NCBI GenBank assembly: GCA_951406725.2
Contig: OX597819.1
Span: forward strand, 113,522,001 to 113,586,000
Source: Octopus vulgaris
Lineage: Eukaryota
Direction of reading: 5' to 3'
Length of the DNA: 64,000 nt
The position numbers and the translations under genes are program-made. The notes beneath the pieces were generated by a model, which did not search any database, had not been told where the DNA came from, and saw only the letters and a program-made list of their open reading frames with translations. Positions 25,378-35,672 of this stretch are shown here, piece by piece. Positions within the stretch are counted from its first letter, which is position 1. Every line of letters begins with the position of its first letter.

Positions 25378-25818
25378 ACTGTTCTATATTTTTGAGATGA
25401 GGAATTCTGTACATTATTTACATTGGATGCATATATGTCCTCATCTTGTTTGTTGTTACCACAACGTTTCAGCCTTCATCAGGTGTCCCAGTAGAATTTT
25501 GAACCCAGCCCTGGGTTTTCATTCCTAAGGTATTTTTTTTTGCTTATGTTATTATCATTATTATTATTTATTCAAGGCACTGCCTGGAATTGACTACTAA
25601 CCCCAATATTCCGAGTTCAATTCCAGGCAGTGCCTTGAATAAATAATAATAATAATAATATCAAGGAAAAAAAAAAAACCTCAGTAATGAGAACCCAGGG
25701 TTGGGTTCAAAAATCAACCAGGACACCTGATGAAGGCTGGTGAGTAAATCAGCTGAAACATTGTGGTAACAACAAACAAGATGAGGACACATAACTGTCC
25801 AATGTAAATAACGTACAA
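25378..25818. mobile_element. Second copy of the inverted-dimer tRNA-head/hammerhead element
   Basis: 25410-25593 is reverse-complementary to about 25616-25817. Hammerhead core GACAC-CTGATGA-AGGCTGG..TCAGCT-GAAACAT-T-GTGGT at 25722-25767; a deleted inverted core at 25458-25487 retains GAAACGT. Confidence 0.75.
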
Positions 25819-26454
25819 TAATAATGTTTCTAATATAGCCACAAGACCAGAGGTTTTGGGGGGCTGGTGGGTCACTTGATTACATTGCTGCTAATACTTG
25901 ACTTGTATTTTTAGTTTATCCACTTCATTGAGACAAAAAGCTAAACTGACTCTGACAAGGATGGAACATAATAATAATAATAATAATAATAATAATAGAC
26001 CTTTCTACTACAGGCACAGGGGCTGAAATTTTGAGGGAAGGAGCTAGTTGATTACATCAACCCCAGTGTTCAACTGGTACTATTTTACCAATCTCAAAAG
26101 GATGAAAAGCAGAGTCAACCTCAGCAGAATTTGAACTCAGGCAGACGAAATGCCATGAAGCATTTTGCCCAGCATGCTAATGATTCTGCCAGCTCACCAC
26201 CTTAATAATAATAATAATCCTGTCTACTAAAGGCACAAGGCCTGAAATTTTTGGGAAAGGGTTAAGTTGATTACATCAACCCTAGAACTCAACTGGTGTT
26301 TCATTTGTCAACCCTAAAAAGGATGAAAGGTAAAGTTGACCTTGGCAGAATTTGAACTCAGAACGTAAAGACAGACGAAATGACACTCAACATTTTGTCC
26401 AGCATGCTAACAATTCTGCCAGCTCACCACCTTGATAACAATAATAATAAATGC

Positions 26455-26975
26455 TCTGATGCATTATCAGGCAGTGGCTCTCATGGCTTCTGATCTTAAA
26501 TGACTGGAAGTGTTATCATGTACATTGTTTTGTCTTGGTATAGAAGATGGGCTACAGCAAATATTCTGCTCAATACCACAGATTTGCTTGTCAGTTCTTT
26601 GACCTTAACCAGTGAACATGTTCCTTAGTGGCTGACGATATGTGCATCTCTGATCACAAGCAGAAGTAGTGGGGGAGCACCATAGCCATGTGTTGAGAGG
26701 AATTCTTTGGGGTTTGGATAATTCACCTTTGGAAACATGGATGTTTCATTCAACATCCTTAAATAACTCTTTTTCAGGGACCTTTTGAGCGGTATGGGCT
26801 ACTCAACCTGAAGAAAATTCTAACCTTGAAGGTCGTGCACTGTTTATCTTGATATGAGATCACCATGTTGTGCACATATGGTTGTGATGCATGTGCCTGG
26901 TGTACCCTTATCAGATGGGTAGTCATGATGGGTATACTGGGCTTCATATATTTTACCCCAGTGCTCTCTCACTCA
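26455..26975 (-). repeat. Unclassified interspersed repeat of about 500 bp flanked by (TAA)n; second copy at about 46910-47415 in the opposite orientation
   Basis: The two copies are reverse complements along most of their length, e.g. TGATAAGGGTACACCAGGCACATGCATCACAACCATATGTGC. Confidence 0.75.
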
Positions 26976-28494
26976 ATAATAATAATAATAATTTCTAATA
27001 TGACCACAAGATCATGGTTTGGGAAAGAGGAGTGTAGCTATTTTAATCAACCACTTTAGTTCACTGGTTCATATTTTATCACACTGGAAGGATGAAGCTG
27101 AAAGACATAAAAGAGTTCAGCAGGATATAAAGAATTAAACACTGCAATAAAGTATTCAATCATCATAAACAGTTTTATTAATTACAGATTTCATGAGGAA
27201 TTTATCAAAAAAATCCTCAGATTTTCAAAATAAATAAAATTTATTGACATTACAAAGTTTTGTTTTCATTTTTCTTCCCATTCACACTGCTTCATTTAAA
27301 GCACCCGAGATGAATTGCAGTATGATATGGTTGAATGTATCTGTATGGTACCCCATTGTGAGTGTTGTATTTTGTGTGCGGGTACACCATGTACCTCTAT
27401 AAAAAACAAAAAAATGTGTTGCTCTCAGTTTCTGTATAAAACCAGATACTCTGTATGTCTCTGTAACAAAGGAGGTACTTTCATTGTTTCCCTAATAATA
27501 GGAGAACCCCAAGTATCACAGTTAATAAGTACTTTCAAAGCATCTATAAACAAGTATCCGTGGACCTCTGTTTATGAGGTGCTCCAGAATGTCTCTGTAA
27601 TAAGTGAAGTATTTTCACTAAGTCCACAGTATAAGAAATACTCTGTTTCACAGACGGTGACTCTGAGAATAAGTGGATATTTCACAGAATAGTAAGGTAA
27701 GAAAAACATCTTGGAATGATTTAACAAAAAAAAAAAAAAGATCACACATACACAAGCAACTACATGTATGCATACATACACACACATATATATATACTCA
27801 AACATACATTATTATTATAAAAGACCTGGAATTAGTAATTAATTAGTCGACTCATGCAGATTGAGTTTTGAATAAATGTTATTCCACTCTATCTTACAGT
27901 ATTGAGTCTTTTTTTTTGTTTTTTTGATTAACTGCAATTCACGAGTACGAAACCAACATTTAAATATACACAAAAACAGATATAAGTATAACTTGCTCAC
28001 TTGCTTTGATATGCTTATTCAACATGCTAACTTGTCCTTATAAAAACAGCAGCCCCAAATATTCCATCAATCACGACCCATTGTCTTGAAAAAAAAAATA
28101 ATAAAGGGAATACTATGTCTGAAATGTTTTTCATTATAAGTACAATGGACTGGAGCTAGAGGAGCCATTGAGGTGATTGAGACAATTTGTCAAGCTTCTC
28201 CCAGAGGAGAGAAAAATTAGACTCACTACCCACATGAAGCTTGAGAGTCACTACACCTCCAGGAGTAATTTGATTTTCCTTGCCAAATTGTTCCTTTAGG
28301 CTCTAATCATGCTTAGCCTAACCAGGGACTGATCTGGCACTAACACAACAATGCTACATTGTTACCTTAAGTAAAGGATATACCGGGGTAGTTTTCCTTG
28401 TTAGATGAAGTGCAAAAGCAAATCGAATCCTTGGAGTCATCCGACGATCATTTGACTTCATCCCCCTTTTGTCTTCGTCCAGCTGTACAAGTCT

Positions 28495-28962
28495 CTAGTT
28501 TGCCTGATTTCTGAATATGGACACACAGTTTGGCAACCCCGGCATAAGGCAATGTGTTGTGAGTTGGAGGATGTTCAGAGGCGTGCCACCGAACTCATTG
28601 CATCCTTGAAAGAAAAGCCATACCCAGAGCGCTTGGTTGCATTAAACCTGCCTAGTCTCGAACATCGCCATCTCAGGAGGGGATATGATCAATATTTATA
28701 AGTATATACATGGCCTGTACCTGACCAACCGCCCCCAATTCAACTACTTCCAAGGCAGAAATACGAGAGGACACTGAAATTGGAAAGATCACACTGCAGG
28801 CTCAACATTAGAAGCTGCTTTTTCGTACAGCGTGTGAAGGCCACCTGGAACAGTCTGCCAAACAGTGTGGTCGCAGCTCCATCAGTCAATGCCTTCAAGA
28901 ACAGGCTTGATGCACATTGGAGGGAGCTTCCTGCAAAATTTGACCCTGTCTGTTACTATTAG
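28495..28962 (+). pseudogene. CR1-like LINE RT C-terminal fragment
   Basis: LEDVQRRATELIASLKEKPYPERLVALNLPSLEHR...RSCFFVQRVKATWNSLPNSVVAAPSVNAFKNRLD, with frameshifts. Confidence 0.85.
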
Positions 28963-29438
28963 CTATAACTGTCAAAGTGTTGTACCACACATGACAAATT
29001 AATTGTACTAGTGGAAAAGGACCTTTGAACAAGCTCCTAGGAGCTTCAACACAGAAACCATCCAGTATCCAGTAAGTGTAAGATTTTAAAACTATTCTCC
29101 AAACCGGTCTTCACATAAATAGTTTGTTGTTTTTACTTAAGTAAATAAATTTATACACACTTGCATGAGTGTATATACACGCGTATGTATATATATACTC
29201 ACAAACATCTATCAAAATATCTGAATGTAGACACCGACCTGAACAAGTGCTGAATACCACTACACAAGTCTAGAGAGAGTAACAGTATGGGCAGAAATCT
29301 GGCAGGCGGAGTTTCGGATAAACTCCCCATCAAAACAGAGAAACCAACTTATGTAGGCGTCCTGATCCGAAACTCCACCGTTCGGCATATAGGGAATGTA
29401 AGCGCTGTAGGTGGTAATCAAAATGTTTAGATTAGTTA

Positions 29439-29671
29439 CAGGGTGCGGCAGAAAAGGTTTCCCCGATTTCAAAGGTTAATAAAAAGCAAACACATGAAGA
29501 TACAAGAAAAAACGATGCTCTCCACCCCAGGCCATGGAGGGTACTACCTGAAACAGAAAAGAAAGTGGCATTTAATGAACTTCATAGAAATGCAAAGTTT
29601 TTTCATGCATTTTCCATGTGTTTGTTTTATATTAACCTTCGAAATCGGGGCAACCTTTCTGCCGTACCCTG
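29439..29671. mobile_element. Tc1/mariner-type MITE
   Basis: TA|CAGGGTGCGGCAGAAAAGGTTTCCCCGATTTCAAAGGTTAAT ... ATTAACCTTCGAAATCGGGGCAACCTTTCTGCCGTACCCTG|TA; TA duplication and roughly 75-bp imperfect TIRs. Confidence 0.85.
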
Positions 29672-29871
29672 TACTTCCTTGTTCCAGATTAACTCAGAGG
29701 GTTTTTACTGCCCACACTGAATAAAGCCACATTACGCATTACAAGTTTCACTTCTCTTGTTAAACATTCACAAACGGTATAAGTCAACTAATGGAACAAA
29801 CAACAATTTTTCTCTCACTTCACTTCTCTTATTTGATCAATATAAAGTACGCAAATCGTTGTCTCTAACTG

Positions 29872-30034
29872 ACGGCGGGACGGTCCCGCAGTACGTATAT
29901 ACGTACGGTGGGACCGACCCGCAGTACGTATATACGTACGGTGGGACGTTCCCGCAGTACGTATATACGTACGACGGAACGGTCCCGCAGTACGTATATA
30001 CGTACGGTGGGACGGTCCCGCAGTACGTATATAC
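29872..30034. repeat. 33-bp minisatellite, about 5 copies, each made of two palindromes
   Basis: Unit GGTGGGACGGTCCCGCA-GTACGTATATACGTAC; gives the GGTVPQYVYTY repeats in the ORF track. Confidence 0.95.
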
Positions 30035-30150
30035 ACACATATACACATATAGTCGCTTAATAATCCATAAGTTAGAGTAAAAATAAACAAACAATAGGAA
30101 CAAACGCATACATATATTTGAATGTACCAATGGGTGAAAGATTAGTAGAG

Positions 30151-30160
30151 TTTATTTATT
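30151..30160 (-). terminator. Candidate TRAPPC2 polyadenylation signal (two overlapping AATAAA)
   Basis: Plus-strand TTTATTTATT is AATAAATAAA on the minus strand, about 340 nt past the stop codon. Confidence 0.4.
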
Positions 30161-30499
30161 CGCTCGGAATTTCTTTACCACGAACTTGGAGTAAGCAATG
30201 GAGTGAACCATCAGCTTCGAACGAATATATATAATCCACATATAACAGTGACTAGTTAATATAATTAACAAATATTATTATCATACACATATAAGAACAA
30301 CCGTCCGTCACTCGTCACAACACACAGACACATAAACATATTCATCGCAACACAACAAACACACCCAAATATTATACATACATTGTCGGATATATAAACA
30401 TATACATCGCATCACACAAACATAACTGGACAAAGAATACATCCATACAAAACAAACAACAGTCTGAATTTACGAAAACAAAGCGCGACTCTGGCTTCA

Positions 30500-30931
30500 T
30501 CATCCGGAAAGGTATTTCCTTGCAAAGAAATGGCATTTCCTTTCGAAGACGGGCGACTTGATGGGAGTGTTGATCTCATAGAAAGGATTCAGAGTGTGTT
30601 TGATGTAAATCTCGTAGACGTCTGTGAAGAAATTCTTGATGCCGTCCTCGTGTTTGACGTCGTGTAACATAATGAATCGGATGCGACTGGCCGTGACGAA
30701 GGACGAGACGAACCATTCGTTGAATTTGTCGCCGATCTTCAGATACATGTTGTTCGTCGTCCACATCTGTTCGTCGACCAGGTCCAGTGCGGCGTGAGCT
30801 ATGAACTGGTTCAAGTGTCGGTGGTCGTCCTTCTTCAGGTCGTGGTTCTTGTGATTGGGCGGGCAGGTTTCCATCTCGAATATCGGATTGTCGTGGTGTC
30901 CGACGATTGCGAAGTAATAACTTCCAGACAT
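30500..30931 (-). CDS. TRAPPC2: Trafficking protein particle complex subunit 2 (sedlin/Trs20), 143 aa, uninterrupted CDS
   Basis: [21 protein letters not shown]...[39 protein letters not shown]...FIMLHD...[15 protein letters not shown]...NPFYE is clear sedlin sequence. The gccATG at 30931 is preferred over the TTG-extended ORF start at 30976. Confidence 0.97.
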   Translation of the reverse strand: MSGSYYFAIVGHHDNPIFEMETCPPNHKNHDLKKDDHRHLNQFIAHAALDLVDEQMWTTNNMYLKIGDKFNEWFVSSFVTASRIRFIMLHDVKHEDGIKNFFTDVYEIYIKHTLNPFYEINTPIKSPVFERKCHFFARKYLSG

Positions 30932-30999
30932 GGCCTTCCGGAGGACTTGTTCAATAATCCACAAATAAGTAAACACAGAAATATATATATTAATAAATT

Positions 31000-31300
31000 A
31001 ACTTTAAATATGCATATATAAATCTTTATACTCGTAAATATCCAGTTATTTAGATACAGATATATGCATATAAATATATATATAGATATATATATTCTAT
31101 GGTAAACAGTGGAATATAATTTTATCTGGCTGATGTGTCGCCTCCAAATTATTGAGTTGTGTTAATTACGTCCCTTGGGAAACGAACTCTTTTCTGTTGG
31201 AAAACGGCTGCAAAAACATAAAAGTTACCTCCCTTGTATCATTAATAAATTTTGCGTGTGTGCGCATTGTGAATAAATAGCATTGCCAAATTGTCAAATC
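31000..31300 (-). promoter_or_regulatory. Probable TRAPPC2 promoter
   Basis: Unique sequence upstream of the ATG with AAGGGAGGTAACT (31223-31235) and AAGGGACGTAATT (31164-31176). Confidence 0.4.
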
Positions 31301-31439
31301 ACTGGGAATGACTCTCTCAAGATATTTTTGTTGGATGCTTCAATACAGCACCAATGTTTTTTTTTCTTCTATGTTTGTCTTTCACTGATATGTACGTCCT
31401 TTTTTCTATAAGGTATAATAATAATAATAACAATAATAG

Positions 31440-31835
31440 TAAAAGGAGAAAAAAAATTGCTTTCTAATTGATGTATCAATACCAGCAGATGACAACGTGT
31501 CTCTAAAAGAAATGGAGAAACTTTCAAAATACAAAGACCTGGAAATAGAGGTAACTCGAATGTGGAATCTAAAAACAGAAACAATTCCTATCATAGTAGG
31601 TGCATTAGGCATGATAAAAAAATATTCAGACAAATACATAACAAAAACACCAGGACTTACAAACACATATAACATACAGAAAATTGCACTACTAGGCACT
31701 GCACACATCTTACGCAGAACACTTTCAATACAGTAACCATCAGAGCATCACAACAAATCACAGCACATACCCAAGGCACACAGAGCTGCGCTCGGTAGTG
31801 AAGGGAAGGCACGTTATAAAAATAAAACTACTGAA
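31440..31835 (+). mobile_element. R4/Dong-clade non-LTR retrotransposon 3' end (restriction-like endonuclease C-terminus)
   Basis: CFLIDVSIPADDNVSLKEMEKLSKYKDLEIEVTRMW...PIIVGALG...IQKIALLGTAHILRRTL, flanked on both sides by (TAA)n. Confidence 0.88.
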
Positions 31836-31859
31836 TGATGATGATAATAATAATAATAA

Positions 31860-32305
31860 TGAAATTATTGTATACAGTGCTCAGGTGCACCACAACTTGT
31901 CAAAAGTGCATATAAAGCATATGCAGTAATGTACAAATGTCTGGGAAGTGAACAGTGTATGAGTCAGATACATGCTTGCATGTGTATGGAAGGGAGAAAA
32001 TCAGGTGTAGTGTTGGCGAATCTCAGAAAGCATGGAAGTTTTGAAGGATGCAGTGCTCCGACAACTAACAACTGATGCTGGCAGTTTGCTCCATGCTTCA
32101 GTAACTCTCAGCGTGAAAAACTGTTTCCAAAAGTCATGGGAGCTGTGCTGTTTTCTGACTTTGTAAAATATGTCCACAGGTGTTAGATGGGTGGAGTTTG
32201 AAAAGGTGCTCAGAGTTATTGTTAGTAAGATGGTTAATAATTTTATGGGTGTCTGCCAAGTCAGCTGCCAGACGTCAGAGTTTCAGTGTGTCCATGCCCA
32301 AGTAA
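31860..32305 (-). mobile_element. CR1-like LINE 3' fragment
   Basis: Reverse complement of the family at 38770-39250 (KVRKQHSSHDF...TLRV..AW.KLPASVV). Confidence 0.8.
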
Positions 32306-33439
32306 GTATATCCATGGCCATCGAGACCTGAGATCTACGATGTTAACATTCCCCTTGAGCAGTTATAAATCGACATGCGCAAGGGAGTGGGACAAAGTCC
32401 GATATTCTGTGAAAGAGGATTGAACTTTGAGGTTTAGTGCAGGGCCTGAGGAGGAGACAAAATTTGGGGCTAGGATGAGAGTCAAGAGGTCCTGTGTAGA
32501 AGTGGAATGAAAACCAGTCTGAGAAGAGCAGCCATTTCGTATCCAATCCCTCGTGCTTGCACTAATCCCTATGCCCAGCACTTTTCTCTCAGAACGTTGA
32601 ACCTTTGGAATTTCCACTATGCCCATACTTTTCTCAGCCAGGGGCCATATGATCCCTGAGAGTCCATATAAGATTTTTGGGGTTCCACATAAAATAGTAA
32701 ATTGGGGGATCCACAATGGTATTTTAAGGGCCACTGAAAAAAATGATGCTTTATATGTATGTATTGCAAGAAACAGCTAGGTTTCTTTCTCGAACATTTT
32801 ACATAGTTCAATCTACACAAGTTAATGCGTGAAAAACAAAAATAGAAATTTTGAAAGACGTTCCTCTAAAACTAGTTTTTAAACATTGAATGGCTATGGG
32901 GTTCCCCCATATAAAGTAGTAATGAAAGGGATCTATAGATAAGAAAATGGTTAAGAACGCCTGGTTTAAGTGGTATGTTAACATATAATGGTATCAATTT
33001 CTCTGATCTCTGGGGGCCTGCCGTAACTATGGGCACTGGTTCTTCCTCCAGACATAGAAAGTAAGGAAATTTCTTTTTCAGAGTGTATACCAATGCCCAT
33101 GGTCCTTTAGATGGCCTCCATGATTGGTGGAAAGGAAGGAGGATGATATATTTACCCTGGAGATGTGGCCTGACTTACAACTGAGTGAACTCTGCTAAAG
33201 GAGAGAGTGATAATTTGCATCAATATTAATTAACTTGGAAAGAAAAACACAAAAGGTCTCTAGTAACAGTAGTAGTTGTTGTTTTTGTGCTTGGCCCCCC
33301 AGATCAACCCTCATTTAGCAAGCCTATGGTCAAAGATGGAACAGTGGGTGAAAAAAGGTAAGTGGACTCAGAGAAGAAGGATTGGTATGCCATAACCCCA
33401 AAACACAACACAGTAATTATTAACATGACATAAAGGAGA

Positions 33440-33755
33440 ACTCTGCCGGTTGCGATGATGGTCCCAGCTGATATGATCATCGGAACAGCTTGCTCGTGAA
33501 ATTAACGTGCAAGTGGCTGAGCACTCTACAGACACGTGTACCCTTAACATAGTTCTCGGGGAGATTCAGCGTGACACAGAGTGTGACAAGGCTGGCCCTT
33601 TGAAATACAGGTACTACTCATTTTTGCCAGCTGAGTGGATGGAGCAACGTGAAATAAAGTGTCTTGTTCAAGGACACACCACACTGCCGGGAATTGAACT
33701 CACGACCTTACGGTCATGAGCCGAATGCTCCTAACCCCTAAGCCACGCGCCTTCA
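33440..33755 (-). mobile_element. tRNA-derived SINE of a third family
   Basis: Shares GGAGCAACGTGAAATAAAGTGTCTTGCTCAAG...CTAAGCCACGCGCCT with copies at about 4020-4355, 8330-8495, 21830-22090 and 55740-56058; the minus strand begins with an A/B-box-like head. Confidence 0.7.
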
Positions 33756-35394
33756 CATGACATAGATATACTCAATGAGGAGTCCTGGTCTGGGGTTAAA
33801 CAACAGCAACAGCCATCTGGTTGATTGGCAAACACTCACTCACCAACACATTCCAACACCCAGAACACAAACACACTATCTCACAATCTAATTCTTCTAC
33901 TAATACTACAATGGCCTCTGCAACTCAGGGCTAGCTAGTTGCATATTGTGCCTATCCAAGTCCTACTTTGACATCTATTTCTTCTCTCGTCACTCGTCTT
34001 CCTTCTCTCACTCCCTCGGCGACTTTCTTAACAAGTACTGTATATTTGTCCCAGTTGTGAGACAAGTACTCTATTGTAGATCTCAAAAGGTCAAAACATG
34101 TTAAAGGGCTGTATATTTAAGTTTATATTATCCAGCAGCAGTCGTGGTTCATTGTAGAATGAGACAATTGGGTGAAGCTGTTTGGGTGATGCTGATGATT
34201 TGGCACGACTGATTGGATGATCAACCTGTTTTGGTGGTAGAACATTTTGACCCTGGAGGCAAACAGCATTGAGAATGAATGAAGCCAGCTCAACCCACCC
34301 CGGGTGAATGCTGTTTCAAGACAAGTAGACAAGACAAACATACTCACAAAAATATAAACACACAGTCAGAGAGACAGAGAGAAAGGGGTGAGATATTACA
34401 CGTACATACAAACGTAACTAGATGCTTACACCATAAACAGAGAGGGTGGGAGTAAGACTGGGAGAGAGATAGAGACAGGTAGTTCAAACTGTCTCTATGT
34501 TCTCAGTTTGAACTGAGAACATAAAAACAGATGAAATGCTACTCAGCATTTTCCCTAGTATACTTAGGATTCTTATTTCTTTACTGCCCACAAGGGGCTA
34601 CACACAGAGGGGACGAACAAGGACAGACAAACAGATTAAATCTATTATATAGACCCCAGTGCGTAACTGGTACTTATTTAATCGACCCCGAAAGGATGAA
34701 AGGCAAAGTCGACCTCGGCGGAATTTGAACTCAGAACGTAACGGCAGATGAAATACCGCTGAGCATTTCGCCCGGCGCGCTAACGTTTCTGCCAGCTCGC
34801 CACCTAAAGATGAAATTCTTGAAAGAAAAGAAAGGGAAAGCAATGAATGAATGAAAAAGAAGGGAAGGAAGTATGAATGTGAAAAAGGCTACAAAGAAAT
34901 GGTGGAAGGCAGGAAGAACGGAAAGAAATTAATAATAAGTAAGAGAGAGTGATGACACTTTAATGTCTGATGACATCAAAGCGTCTGATGTCAAATATAT
35001 CAGCATCGAACGAATGACAGCAAATAGGCAGCGCCAAAATGGCTGTGCCGAAACGTGTCATTACCGATCCTACAGGGACCTATTTTATAAATCTTGGAAG
35101 AATCAAAGACCCTGTTTACTTTGGTGGGGTACTTCGGTGGGGTTTGAAGTCAGAATGTAAAGGGAGGTAACTAAATACATTTTGTCTAGAGTACTACTCA
35201 ATTAATGTAACAACAATAGTATCGATCGTTTTCTTTTTGTTTTACCTAGATACAAAACCAGCAATAACGGACGAATAGTCATGTCTTTTCACGCACACAC
35301 ACACACACACACACAGCGTATAACTCGTACTAATAGATTATCAATCCTAGAAGGATAAAAAATAAACTCAGTCCACTACAACTACTGCAGCTAG

Positions 35395-35672
<278 letters not shown>

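Noticed and set aside
27315-27805. ORFs of 125 aa and 77 aa in unique sequence
   Set aside because: No recognisable motifs; the region looks more like 3'UTR or intergenic DNA, with minus-strand AATAAA sites near 27175 and 27240.
29872-30034. CRISPR-like array, or a GGTVPQYVYTY repeat protein
   Set aside because: Units are contiguous with no unique spacers, there are no cas genes and the context is eukaryotic. Open frames on both strands follow from a stop-free 33-bp unit.
30932-30976. 15-aa N-terminal extension of TRAPPC2 in the ORF track
   Set aside because: It starts at a non-ATG codon; sedlin homology begins at MSGSYYF, which has a good gccATG context.
33029-33066. ATG GGC ACT GGT TCT TCC (MGTGSS, myristoylation-like) followed by GTAAGG
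   Set aside because: It lies within a small imperfect inverted repeat among transposon remnants, with no promoter context or downstream exons found.
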